Shown one piece after another: positions 1 through 8,855 of a stretch of DNA of 64,000 nucleotides; within the stretch, counting starts at the first letter, position 1; each line of letters opens with the position of its first letter. The notes under the pieces were generated by a model. It was given only the letters and a program-made list of their open reading frames with translations. It did no database searches and was not told where the DNA came from. Location: positions 2,961,546 through 3,025,545 of the forward strand of contig OZ244620.1 in the NCBI GenBank assembly GCA_965218395.1, in the 5' to 3' direction. The translations under genes were made by a program, and so were the position numbers. The DNA comes from an uncultured Candidatus Binatia bacterium. GTDB taxonomy: Bacteria; Desulfobacterota; Binatia; Bin18.

Positions 1-498
1 AGTCTGGACGTTGTGGCGCAATACCAGGCGCCTGATCATATCGTTGAAGCCGTCGTGCAGGGGACAGCAGATGCCCCCAGCCTCGTCTTACGCAGCCAGC
101 CGGAATTGGAACACGCCGATATCCTGGCCGTCCTCCTGTTTGGAAAGCCGGCCAGCGCGCTCGATCAAGGCGAAAAGCTTGACCTTGAGAAACAGGCGCT
201 GGCGATCACGAGCGGCTACGCCGCTACCAAGATTGGCGAATCGGTCTCTCAAGCCCTTGGGCTGGAGAGGCTAGGGGCCGGGCTCAAGCTCTCGAATCTG
301 GATATCGCCGGCGGGACGGTCGGCTTTGGTTTCTCTTTGCCCAAGGGGGTACGGGTCTCTGTCGCTCAGGATCTGACCAAGAAAGGCGAGCGCAAAGTCT
401 CCCTGGAATATCAGCTCAGTCCGCACTGGCAGATCGATACCTCCTCCAGTTCGGGGGGTGCCAGCGAAGCCCATATCTTATGGCAGAAGAAATACTGA
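1..498 (+). CDS. TamB-like translocation/assembly module protein, C-terminal fragment (5' end lies outside the window)
   Basis: The ORF runs to the window edge. The C-terminal signature ...EYQLSPHWQIDTSSSSGG...ILWQKKY matches the TamB/DUF490 C-terminal pattern (YxLSPxWxL...W.KKF). Confidence 0.5.
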   Translation, partial: SLDVVAQYQAPDHIVEAVVQGTADAPSLVLRSQPELEHADILAVLLFGKPASALDQGEKLDLEKQALAITSGYAATKIGESVSQALGLERLGAGLKLSNLDIAGGTVGFGFSLPKGVRVSVAQDLTKKGERKVSLEYQLSPHWQIDTSSSSGGASEAHILWQKKY

Positions 499-665
499 TG
501 GGCTCACTGTTTCCCTATCTCACGTTTTGTGCTCACGTTTTGCGCCGCCAGTCGGCTGGAACTCGTCCGTATTTGTTTCCCTTCGGGGTATGCGGTATCC
601 TAAGGGGAAGGCGCGTGGAGCGCACCGGCCATGAAGACGACGAGGCCGGTGGGGGGGTGGAGGCA

Positions 666-2015
666 GTGGAAACTCAGGGTCAGCATCGGTGCGGCAGTCT
701 CAATCTCAATGTGAGGGGACTCGAACAGTCAGCGACTTTAGCCATCAATGAGCGGAGCGATGCGCTCCGCCGCGCAGGACAGCGCGTCTATAAGCTCGGG
801 CTGGGCCAGTCTCCATTTCCCATTCCGCCCGAGGTGGTGAACGCGCTCAGGCTGCACGCCCACGAAGACGACTACCTGCCGGTCACCGGTCTGCCCGCCC
901 TGCGGGAAGCAGTGGCAGAGTTTCATCGCCAGAAAGATCGCGTGCAGGCCCGCCCCGAGGATGTCCTGGTCGGGCCCGGCTCGAAAGAACTCCTGTTCCT
1001 CTTACAACTGACTTTTTATGGCGAATTGCTCGTGCCGTCTCCGGCCTGGGTGTCCTATATCCCGCAGGCGCGTATCATTGGTCGTACCGTCAATCTCATC
1101 CCAACCACATTCGAAGAGAACTGGCGCGTCTCCCCCCAGCGCCTGGAGTCCATCTGCAAGGCCGACCCGGACCGGCCGCGTATTCTGGTATTGAATTATC
1201 CTGGGAATCCCGAGGGGGGCAGTTATACGGCGCACGAACTCGAAGCGTTGGCCGCGGTCGCACGGCGGTTCGGGGTGATTCTGCTGTCTGATGAAATTTA
1301 TGGTCAACTGCATCATCGGGGGGCGCACGTGTCGGTTGCCCGTTTCTATCCTGAAGGAACCATTATCAGTTCCGGGCTGTCCAAATGGTGTGGGGCCGGC
1401 GGCTGGCGGCTGGGGACGTTTACCTTTCCACCGGACCTGAACTGGCTGATGGAAGCCATGGCGGCCGTGGCCAGCGAGACCTATACCTCGGTCAGCGCCC
1501 CGATTCAGTATGCGGCCACCCGCGCGTTTCAGGACGGCATTGCGATCGAGCGCTATCTCTCGCACGTCCGTCGTATTCTGTCGGCCCTGGGCCAACGCTG
1601 CGCGCAGATTCTGCAGGCGGCCGGCGTCCGGGTGCAGGCGCCGGTTGGGGCGTTTTATCTCTTTCCGGATTTTTCCCCTTTTGCCGAGCGGCTGGCGCGG
1701 CGCGGTATCACGGGTAGTGGCTCTTTGTGTGAGGCGCTGCTGCGCGAGACGGGTGTCGCCGTCCTGCCCGGCTCGGCCTTTCATCGCCCGCCGCGGGAAC
1801 TCACCGCCCGGATTGCCTATGTCGGCTTCGACGGGGCGAAGGCCCTCACCGCGAGTGAGGCGATTCCGCTCGACCACGACCTGCCGGCCGACTTTATTGA
1901 GCGCTGGTGTGGAGATATGACCGAAGCCGTGCAGCGCATGACGAGCTGGGCGGCGGAAACGAAGTCGCCCAAGGTCGTGGATATGCTGGATCGAAAAGAA
2001 AGAGCCGTCGGCTAA
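666..2015 (+). CDS. PLP-dependent aminotransferase, class I/II (AspAT/AlaAT-like)
   Basis: The long ORF 480-2015 carries an N-terminal block (VRGLEQSATLAINER...LGLGQSPFPIPPEV) colinear with class I aminotransferase N-termini, an NYPGNPEGG motif, and the PLP-lysine motif SKWCGAGGWRLG. The first ~60 codons of the ORF are low-complexity, so the real start is probably a GTG at 657, 666 or 711. Start choice is uncertain. Confidence 0.8.
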   Translation: METQGQHRCGSLNLNVRGLEQSATLAINERSDALRRAGQRVYKLGLGQSPFPIPPEVVNALRLHAHEDDYLPVTGLPALREAVAEFHRQKDRVQARPEDVLVGPGSKELLFLLQLTFYGELLVPSPAWVSYIPQARIIGRTVNLIPTTFEENWRVSPQRLESICKADPDRPRILVLNYPGNPEGGSYTAHELEALAAVARRFGVILLSDEIYGQLHHRGAHVSVARFYPEGTIISSGLSKWCGAGGWRLGTFTFPPDLNWLMEAMAAVASETYTSVSAPIQYAATRAFQDGIAIERYLSHVRRILSALGQRCAQILQAAGVRVQAPVGAFYLFPDFSPFAERLARRGITGSGSLCEALLRETGVAVLPGSAFHRPPRELTARIAYVGFDGAKALTASEAIPLDHDLPADFIERWCGDMTEAVQRMTSWAAETKSPKVVDMLDRKERAVG

Positions 2016-2044
2016 ACCCGGCCAAAAAGACCCCCCCCTCACCG

Positions 2045-2070
2045 GTAGGGGCAACCCCCCGTGGTTGCCC
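2045..2070. repeat. 26-nt palindromic element GTAGGGGCAACCCCCCGTGGTTGCCC (stem GGGCAACC/GGTTGCCC), copy 1 of 2
   Basis: Hairpin-forming element 30 nt after the aminotransferase stop. A near-identical copy (one C->T change) lies at 34736-34760, 34 nt after an enoyl-CoA hydratase stop. Confidence 0.6.
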
Positions 2071-2101
2071 ACCCCTCGTCATGGCCCGCCCCTGCCTCTC
2101 C

Positions 2102-2129
2102 TTGACACACCCCAAATCAGCCTTACCCT
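2102..2129 (+). promoter_or_regulatory. Candidate clpB promoter (TTGACA-N16-TACCCT) with a sigma32-like upstream TCTCCTTGACA
   Basis: A perfect TTGACA preceded by TCTCC resembles the heat-shock sigma32 -35 element (TCTCnCCCTTGAA). The -10 is weak. It lies ~55 nt upstream of the clpB RBS GGAGGAAGGAGGG. Confidence 0.3.
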
Positions 2130-2183
2130 TTTCGGAGTCACAGCCAGTTAAAGAGCCCGAACGGCTGGAGGAAGGAGGGCAGC

Positions 2184-4805
2184 GTGGATCTCAATCGCTT
2201 GACCGAAAAATCGCAGGAAGCCCTAGGCCAGGCCCAGGCGCTGGCAACCCGACGGCATCACCAGGGGGTCGATGTCGAGCATGTGTTGGCCGCCTTGACG
2301 ACATCTCCCGACGGCATCGTCCCGGCCCTTATCACCCAGGCCGGCGTGTCCCTCGATGCGCTGACGGCTGAGCTTGAACAGAGGCTGAGTCGCATTCCGC
2401 AAGTTTCGGGTCCGGCCAGTGGCCCGGACCGCGTCTATGTCACCCAGCGCCTGTCACAGCTGCTCAGCCGCGCTGAAGAGGAAGCCAAAGAACTCAAGGA
2501 CGACTATGTGAGCGTCGAGCATATGCTCCTGGCCATGCTGGCAGACGAGGGCGCGACGGGCCGTTTGCTGCGCGACCACGGCCTCGGTCGAGAGCGCCTG
2601 CTCGCCGCGCTCCAGAAAGTCCGCGGCCACCAGCGGGTGACCAATCAAAACCCGGAGGGAACCTATCAGGCCCTGGAACGCTATGGCCGCGACCTGACGC
2701 AGGCGGCCAGCCTGGGCAAGCTCGACCCGGTCATTGGCCGGGATGATGAAATCCGGCGGGTAGTGCAGGTGCTCTCTCGTCGCACCAAAAACAATCCGGT
2801 GCTGATCGGTGATCCGGGCGTCGGCAAAACCGCCATTGTGGAGGGGCTGGCGCAACGGATTGTCAGCGGCGATGTGCCGGAAAGTCTCAAGAATCGCCGC
2901 GTGATCGTCCTGGATATGGGCGCGTTGATTGCCGGCGCAAAATTTCGAGGCGAGTTTGAAGAGCGACTCAAGGCCGTGCTTAAAGAGGTCCAGGAATCCG
3001 AGGGCGAGGTGGTGCTGTTTATTGACGAATTGCACACGGTGGTGGGAGCCGGAGCCTCGGAGGGCGCCATGGACGCCTCCAACCTGCTGAAGCCGATGCT
3101 GGCCCGCGGCGAACTGCACTGCATCGGGGCGACCACCCTGGACGAGTATCGTCAACACGTGGAAAAGGACCGGGCGCTGGAACGGCGCTTTCAGCCGGTC
3201 ACGGTTGACCAGCCGTCCGTGGAAGACACGATTTCCATTCTGCGCGGGCTGCGCGAACGCTACGAAATCCACCACGGGGTGCGCATCAAGGACGCCGCGC
3301 TGGTGACCGCGGCGGTCTTGTCGCAGCGCTATATCAGTGATCGCTTCCTGCCGGATAAGGCGATTGATCTGGTGGATGAAGCGGGGGCACGGCTGCGCAC
3401 CGAAATCGACTCCATGCCGACCGAGCTGGACGAGGTGTCCAGGCGGGTGTTGCAGCTTGAAATCGAGCGTGAAGCCCTGCGCAAGGAGACCGACCAGGCC
3501 TCGCGGGCCCGGCTGGAGAAGCTGGAAAAGGAGCTGGCGGATTGTCAGGCCGAGGCCGGGGCGCTGACCGCCCGCTGGGAGACGGAGAAGGGCAGCATCG
3601 GTCAGTTGCGCAGTCTCAAAGAAGAAATTGAGCAGACCAGACGCGCCATTGAAAAGGCCGAGCGCGACTACGACCTCAACCGGGTGGCCGAACTCAAATA
3701 CGGCACGCTGGCCCAGCTTGAGCGCGACCTGGCGGCTGGGGAAGCGAGGCTCCAGAGCGAACAGGGGCCGAGTCGCCTCCTCAAGGAAGAGGTTGATGAA
3801 GACGATATTGCGGCCATTATCGCCCGCTGGACGGGGATTCCGGTCGCAAAGCTGCTCGAAGGCGAACGGGAAAAATTATTGCACCTGGGTGAGTTGCTGC
3901 ACCAACGGCTGATCGGTCAGCAGGAGGCCGTCCAGGCGGTGGCCGACGCGGTGATTCGAGCCCGCTCGGGGCTCAAAGACCCGCACCGTCCGATTGGGTC
4001 GTTCATCTTCTTGGGGCCGACCGGGGTGGGAAAAACCGAACTGGCGCGGGCGCTGGCCGAGTTTTTGTTCGACGCTGAGGCCAATATCGTCCGGCTCGAT
4101 ATGTCGGAATACATGGAGAAGCATACGGTCGCGCGTCTCATTGGTGCGCCGCCGGGGTATGTGGGCTATGACGAAGGCGGACAACTGACCGAGGCGGTCC
4201 GGCGCAAACCCTATGCGGTCATCCTGTTTGACGAGATCGAAAAAGCCCATCCCGATGTCTTCAACGCCCTGCTCCAGATTTTGGACGATGGGCGGCTGAC
4301 CGACGGCCACGGACGAACGGTGGACTTTAAGAACAGCGTTATCATCATGACCTCGAACGTCGGCAGCCAGCTCATCCTGGGCTATCGAGGCGGGGATGAC
4401 GCCGAGGCGTATGAGGGCATGAAGCGAGACGTGCTGGAGGCCCTGCGGAACGAATTCCGACCGGAATTTCTGAATCGGGTGGATGAAATCGTGGTGTTCC
4501 ACAGTCTGAGCCGGGAGCACTTGAAACAGATCGTCGAGATTCAGCTTGCGCACTTGCGGGAGCGGCTGGCCGAACGGCAGATCACGCTCGAACTGACGGA
4601 AAGCGCTAAGGAATATTTCGCCCAAAGCGGCTATGACCCGACCTATGGGGCGCGCCCGCTCAAACGCCTCCTGCAGAAGGAGATAGAGACCCATCTCGGC
4701 CGCAAGATCATCGCCGGCGAGGTGGCTGAGAACGACCACGTGATCGTTGACTACGATCACCACGCCCTCACCTTCACTACCGCACCGGTCGCTGCGGTAG
4801 CGTAA
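2184..4805 (+). CDS. clpB: ATP-dependent chaperone ClpB (Hsp100 disaggregase)
   Basis: 873 aa. N-domain [14 protein letters not shown], two AAA+ modules (GDPGVGKT; GPTGVGKT), a long coiled-coil middle domain, and typical ClpB length. The start is a GTG with a strong RBS. Confidence 0.95.
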   Translation: MDLNRLTEKSQEALGQAQALATRRHHQGVDVEHVLAALTTSPDGIVPALITQAGVSLDALTAELEQRLSRIPQVSGPASGPDRVYVTQRLSQLLSRAEEEAKELKDDYVSVEHMLLAMLADEGATGRLLRDHGLGRERLLAALQKVRGHQRVTNQNPEGTYQALERYGRDLTQAASLGKLDPVIGRDDEIRRVVQVLSRRTKNNPVLIGDPGVGKTAIVEGLAQRIVSGDVPESLKNRRVIVLDMGALIAGAKFRGEFEERLKAVLKEVQESEGEVVLFIDELHTVVGAGASEGAMDASNLLKPMLARGELHCIGATTLDEYRQHVEKDRALERRFQPVTVDQPSVEDTISILRGLRERYEIHHGVRIKDAALVTAAVLSQRYISDRFLPDKAIDLVDEAGARLRTEIDSMPTELDEVSRRVLQLEIEREALRKETDQASRARLEKLEKELADCQAEAGALTARWETEKGSIGQLRSLKEEIEQTRRAIEKAERDYDLNRVAELKYGTLAQLERDLAAGEARLQSEQGPSRLLKEEVDEDDIAAIIARWTGIPVAKLLEGEREKLLHLGELLHQRLIGQQEAVQAVADAVIRARSGLKDPHRPIGSFIFLGPTGVGKTELARALAEFLFDAEANIVRLDMSEYMEKHTVARLIGAPPGYVGYDEGGQLTEAVRRKPYAVILFDEIEKAHPDVFNALLQILDDGRLTDGHGRTVDFKNSVIIMTSNVGSQLILGYRGGDDAEAYEGMKRDVLEALRNEFRPEFLNRVDEIVVFHSLSREHLKQIVEIQLAHLRERLAERQITLELTESAKEYFAQSGYDPTYGARPLKRLLQKEIETHLGRKIIAGEVAENDHVIVDYDHHALTFTTAPVAAVA

Positions 4806-4848
4806 AGTCTTCCCATTACGCTCACCGGGCGGCCGCATCTTCAGACCA

Positions 4849-4879
4849 GGGAGGGAGAAGTAATCTTCTTCCTCCTCCC
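4849..4879. repeat. G/A-rich hairpin GGGAGGGAGAAG-TAAT-CTTCTTCCTCCTCCC downstream of clpB
   Basis: 12-bp stem with two G-U pairs, 44 nt after the clpB stop. It resembles the GGGAGAGGG palindrome family. No U-tract follows, so it may be a REP-like element or a weak terminator. Confidence 0.4.
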
Positions 4880-5007
4880 ATATTCAGAATAAAACCCCGT
4901 TCTTGTAAGCGGTCTTTTTTATTTGACTTTTCGGCTATTTCTTTCTACAGTCTCCCTCCGCTCTCCGGAAGGCAGAGCCGCCCTCTTTCCCCAGGCTCGC
5001 AATACAC

Positions 5008-5047
5008 GAAGCGGTGTGTGTTGGCATGAAGCGGTGCGAGTTGGCAA
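5008..5047. repeat. Tandem 20-nt direct repeat GAAGCGGTGTGTGTTGGCAT / GAAGCGGTGCGAGTTGGCAA upstream of the KamA-family gene
   Basis: Two adjacent 20-mers identical at 17/20 positions, ending ~30 nt before the gene's RBS. Candidate regulator binding sites. Confidence 0.35.
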
Positions 5048-5075
5048 GAGGAGACTCCTCAGAGGAGGTATCTCT

Positions 5076-6470
5076 ATGCTGAACGAAACCACTCACCGTC
5101 TTGATATTTCAAATGGGTCCCCCCTTGCCGTCACGTCCGAATCCCCCGCTCCGCGCTTCAAGGTGTATAACGAGCGTCACCTCGACCAGATTCCGCAACT
5201 GCAACGATTATCTGATGCGCAACGCTTTAATATGCACGTGGTGGCCAGTGTCTTGCCCTTTCGCATTAATCCGTACGTCATCGAAAATCTCATCGATTGG
5301 GATAATATCCCCGATGATCCGATGTTCCAGTTGACTTTCCCGCAGCCTGGGATGTTGATGGCGGAAGACTTTGAGCGCATGGCCGGTCTGCTCAGGAAAG
5401 GGGCGAATCGAATCGCGATCAAAGCCGCCGCAGATGAGATCCGCATCCGGCTGAACCCGCATCCGGCCGGCCAACAGCAGATGAATGTCCCGCATATGGC
5501 CGGCGAATCGCTGCCCGGCATGCAGCATAAATATCGCGAAACCGTCCTCTTTTTTCCGAGCCAGGGCCAGACCTGTCATACCTATTGCACCTTCTGTTTT
5601 CGCTGGGCGCAGTTCGTGGGCATTCAGGAGTTGCGGTTTAATTCAAACGACGCGAGCCAGCTCCACCGCTATCTGGCCTCACAGCCGCAGGTGAGTGATC
5701 TGCTCATGACCGGCGGAGACCCGATGGTCATGAAAACCCACCATTTGGCCGAATACCTGCGTCCCTTGCTCCGACCCGAGTTCGAGCACATCCAAACCAT
5801 TCGGATTGGCACAAAGGCGCTAACCTACTGGCCCTTTCGCTTTACGAGCGATGCGGATGCCGACGACCTCATGCGCTTGTGTGAACAGCTCGTCGCTGCC
5901 GGCAAACATGTGGCGTTCATGGCCCACTATAACCACTGGCGGGAACTGGAGCAGCCCCAGGCGCGTGAAGCCATCCGGCGGGTGCGCTCGACCGGAGCGG
6001 TCGTCCGTGGTCAGGGACCGCTCCTGGCCCATATCAACGACGATGCCGCGGTGTGGACCCGGTTGTGGCGCACCCAGGTCCGCTTGGGCATCATCCCGTA
6101 TTATATGTTTGTCGAACGCGATACCGGGGCGCGGTGTTATTTTGAGGTGCCTCTGGCCCGCGCCTGGGAGATTTACCGTGAGGCCATTTCCCAGGTCTCC
6201 GGTCTGGCGCGGACCGCCCGCGGCCCGTCCATGAGTGCCGGGCCGGGCAAGGTCGAGGTGCAGGGCGTCACCGAAATGAACGGCGAAAAGGTCTTTGTCC
6301 TGCGCTTCATCCAAGGGCGCAGTGCCGATTGGGTCCAGCGACCGTTCTTTGCCAGGTTTGACCCCAGCGCGACCTGGCTCGACCAGCTCAAACCCGCCGG
6401 CGGAGAACCCCAATTTTTCTTTGAGCCCGAATACCGTACCATCCAGGCGCAGGCTTCAGCCGGACACTGA
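5076..6470 (+). CDS. KamA-family radical SAM protein (lysine 2,3-aminomutase-like)
   Basis: Radical SAM CxxxCxxC motif (CHTYCTFC) and KamA-like N-terminal blocks (IPDDPMFQLTFPQ...). Start chosen at an ATG 8 nt after GGAGG, which is internal to the longer ORF 4923-6470. Confidence 0.85.
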   Translation: MLNETTHRLDISNGSPLAVTSESPAPRFKVYNERHLDQIPQLQRLSDAQRFNMHVVASVLPFRINPYVIENLIDWDNIPDDPMFQLTFPQPGMLMAEDFERMAGLLRKGANRIAIKAAADEIRIRLNPHPAGQQQMNVPHMAGESLPGMQHKYRETVLFFPSQGQTCHTYCTFCFRWAQFVGIQELRFNSNDASQLHRYLASQPQVSDLLMTGGDPMVMKTHHLAEYLRPLLRPEFEHIQTIRIGTKALTYWPFRFTSDADADDLMRLCEQLVAAGKHVAFMAHYNHWRELEQPQAREAIRRVRSTGAVVRGQGPLLAHINDDAAVWTRLWRTQVRLGIIPYYMFVERDTGARCYFEVPLARAWEIYREAISQVSGLARTARGPSMSAGPGKVEVQGVTEMNGEKVFVLRFIQGRSADWVQRPFFARFDPSATWLDQLKPAGGEPQFFFEPEYRTIQAQASAGH

Positions 6471-6479
6471 GTCCGCGCC

Positions 6480-6701
6480 TCACTCACGGGGCTTGAGCAT
6501 CCGAATACGCCGCACCGGTGGATGGCCGGGGGTGTCATCCACAAAGGTGAGGTGCTCCGCCTCACAGGCGGGACAGATAATCAGCGTCCCGTATTTTTCG
6601 TGCTCAATCATGGGCGGCCAGTTGCCGCCCGCCGGCTCGCCATAGTTGCTCATCTGGTAGAGTTCTTCGGCACACATCAGACAGTACTGGGATTTTGCCA
6701 T
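6480..6701 (-). CDS. Small zinc-ribbon protein (two CxxC pairs), hypothetical
   Basis: MAKSQYCLMCAEE...ICPACEAEH, 73 aa. Start chosen at the ATG with a GGAG RBS, since the upstream extension of the ORF is low-complexity. Confidence 0.45.
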   Translation of the reverse strand: MAKSQYCLMCAEELYQMSNYGEPAGGNWPPMIEHEKYGTLIICPACEAEHLTFVDDTPGHPPVRRIRMLKPRE

Positions 6702-6727
6702 AGGCTGACTCCTTCTCCTTTTGCTCC

Positions 6728-6746
6728 CTCTCCCTCTGGGAGAGGC
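6728..6746. repeat. Palindromic repeat CCTCTCCC-TCT-GGGAGAGG (GGGAGAGGG family)
   Basis: Perfect 8-bp inverted repeat in the divergent intergenic region. Confidence 0.5.
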
Positions 6747-6956
6747 TTGGGATAAGGCTGTCTGCGGAACAGCCATGTCCGGGCGACCTCCACACTCCTG
6801 CACGGCACTGGATTCCGGCTTTCGCCGGAATGACGTTCTACGATGGGTTGTATCCTAGGTTTCAGTCGTCTGCCCTTGTCCTTCGTCTTGACGCTCTGAG
6901 GGGGACGGGGTAGGTCTTCTTGTGGCCGGCAACCACCGCCGCAAAAGGGAGACGAC

Positions 6957-7421
6957 ATGTTTGAGTATACTATGCAGCACCTCTTTTCCTATACCGCCAG
7001 CCTGGAGATGCCGCCCGAAACAATCGGGCCGGTGCCCGGCGGCGTCCGGGTCAATGTCTACATCACCGGCGGAGAAGTTGCAGGTCCCAAACTGCACGGC
7101 AAGCTGCGCCCGGTTGGCGCGGATTGGCTGACTATCCGACCCGATGGGGTGGCCTATCTCGATGTGCGGGCGACGGTTGAGGCGAACGACGGGGCATTGA
7201 TCTATGTGACCTATAACGGAGTGTTGGATTTAGGCGCGGACGGCTATCAGAAATTTCTGGCCGGCGAGCTGCCGCCCAGCGGGACGCCGATTCGGACGAA
7301 CCCCTGGTGTCAGACCGCTCACCCCGACTATATGTGGATGAATCGTTGTCTATGTGTCGGGGTCGGAGAAGCCTATCTGGAACGGGGTGAGGTCCGCTAC
7401 GACATATATGCCGTACGCTAG
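6957..7421 (+). CDS. DUF3237 family protein (beta-barrel), hypothetical
   Basis: Carries the YITGGEVAGPKLHGKL..GADW block characteristic of DUF3237. Confidence 0.65.
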   Translation: MFEYTMQHLFSYTASLEMPPETIGPVPGGVRVNVYITGGEVAGPKLHGKLRPVGADWLTIRPDGVAYLDVRATVEANDGALIYVTYNGVLDLGADGYQKFLAGELPPSGTPIRTNPWCQTAHPDYMWMNRCLCVGVGEAYLERGEVRYDIYAVR

Positions 7422-7444
7422 GCGTAGGGCGGGAGAGAACAGGT

Positions 7445-7996
7445 ATGAGCAAACCGAGCTGGAAACTCACGTATTGGTGTGCAGCCCTCAGCGCTGGTCT
7501 GCTGCTGTGGAGCCGTCCCGTCGGTGCCGCGGTTGAGGTCGGGAGCCCCGCGCCCGTGTTTTGTTTGCCCGCCCAGGACGGCGAGGCGGTCTGTCTCTCA
7601 GACTTCACGGGCAAACGAAATGTCCTGCTGCTTTTTTATATTTTGGACTTTACCCCAGGCTGAACTCTTCAGTTGGCAAACGGGCAGGAAGCCCGGCAGG
7701 AGCAGCAACTCGACGCGGTGGTCCTGGGAATCAGTACCAATCACCCCGCCTCCCAGCGTATATTCCGCGAACAACTGGCCCTCAGCTACCCGTTGTTGAG
7801 TGCGTTTGACGCTCCCGAGGTGGTTGAAGACTATGTGGGCTGGCTGGACCGGGAAAAGCGGCTCAGTCAGCGGGCCTATGTGCTGATTGATACGGACGGC
7901 ATCGTGCGTTTCGTGCGCGTCATGCAGAACCCCGCAGAGGTCCTGGCGGTGAGCGAGCTGGAGGCCGAGCTGGCCAAGCTCACCGCGGCCCAGTAA
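7445..7996 (+). CDS. PrxQ/Bcp-type peroxiredoxin with an in-frame TGA at the peroxidatic Cys position (candidate selenocysteine peroxiredoxin), with N-terminal signal peptide
   Basis: ORFs 7445-7663 and 7673-7996 are in the same frame, separated only by a TGA at 7661-7663. Reading through gives FYILDFTPG-[TGA]-TLQ, against the Bcp motif FYPKAMTPG-C-TVQ. The downstream blocks VLGISTN..PLLSAFD and LIDTDG are colinear with E. coli Bcp. The signal peptide is MSKPSWKLTYWCAALSAGLLLWSRPVGAA. Confidence 0.6.
7672..7709 (+). promoter_or_regulatory. Candidate bacterial SECIS hairpin downstream of the TGA
   Basis: GTTGGC-AAA-CGGGC-AGGAA-GCCCG-GC-AGGAGCAG-CAAC. The inner 5-bp stem has a G-containing apical loop ~23 nt after the TGA, and an outer GTTG/CAAC stem begins 9 nt after the TGA. 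Confidence 0.35.
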
Positions 7997-8075
7997 CATG
8001 CGTCTGCTTGCGCTTTGAGAACCAGGGATGAATAATGGGCGGCCAAGAGCGAGGACTGCAAAGGGAGGCCCGATA

Positions 8076-8807
8076 ATGCAGACGCGTGTCCTCTGGGTTC
8101 CAGTCGTTATTGCCGGTGTCCTGACCGCCGGTCTGTGGGCCTCGCCACGTCTCGCCCTGGCGCAGGACGCCCCGGCTGATGCGGGCCGGCATTCCCAGGA
8201 GGTTGGCGCCCCGCAAGTGCTGGAAATCCCTGTCCGGAGCAGCCTGACCCAACCGACCGCTCCGGTCGGAACCCCAGCGTCAGACCAGCTGTCCGGTTTC
8301 GGAGACGTGCAGCCACACCAAGACTGGTCCTCTTCTGCAACGGGCGGCCCGTTCTCTGAATGGCCCGACCCGTCTGTGGCCGAGTCCAAACGAACCTATC
8401 TTGGCGTCCTGTACGCCACCGCCGAGGAAGGACCGGAGGGCGTCCAGGTATTAAGCGTGATTGAGGGCAGCCCGGCGCATCGTTCCGGTTTTGAAGGCGT
8501 GAATACGCCAACTCAGTACAGCCGGAATGATTTAGTGAAGAAAGCCGCGATTATTGCGCTGGCCATGTCACCGGCCGGTCCGTTTGTCCTGCCCCTGGTT
8601 GCCGCTCACGATCACCTCACCCGGGAGCGTCAGCCTGCCGGTGATCTTATTGTTGCGGTCGAGACCACTCCGGTTCGGACCGCCCAGGACTTCACCGAAA
8701 CCATGCAGCGCTACCACCCCGGAGACCGGGTGTCCTTTTCCGTTATCCGCAAGAACCAGCCCCGCCAAATTACGGTGACGCTCGAAGAAGAACCGTTGGA
8801 ACCGTAA
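8076..8807 (+). CDS. Secreted PDZ-domain protein
   Basis: Signal peptide MQTRVLWVPVVIAGVLTAGLWASPRLALA follows an AAGGGAGG RBS. PDZ-like blocks GVQVLSVIEGSPAHRSGF...GDLIVAVETTPV. No protease domain. Confidence 0.65.
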   Translation: MQTRVLWVPVVIAGVLTAGLWASPRLALAQDAPADAGRHSQEVGAPQVLEIPVRSSLTQPTAPVGTPASDQLSGFGDVQPHQDWSSSATGGPFSEWPDPSVAESKRTYLGVLYATAEEGPEGVQVLSVIEGSPAHRSGFEGVNTPTQYSRNDLVKKAAIIALAMSPAGPFVLPLVAAHDHLTRERQPAGDLIVAVETTPVRTAQDFTETMQRYHPGDRVSFSVIRKNQPRQITVTLEEEPLEP

Positions 8808-8855
8808 ATCCGCACTGATACGCTCCGTGGTTGTCGCCCTGCGAGTGCAGATCGT

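Noticed and set aside
5008-5047. Sigma54 (-24/-12) promoter reading of TTGGCAT-N5-GGTGCG
   Set aside because: The -12 element deviates strongly from TTGCA, and no enhancer-binding-protein gene is adjacent. It is treated as a direct-repeat binding site instead.
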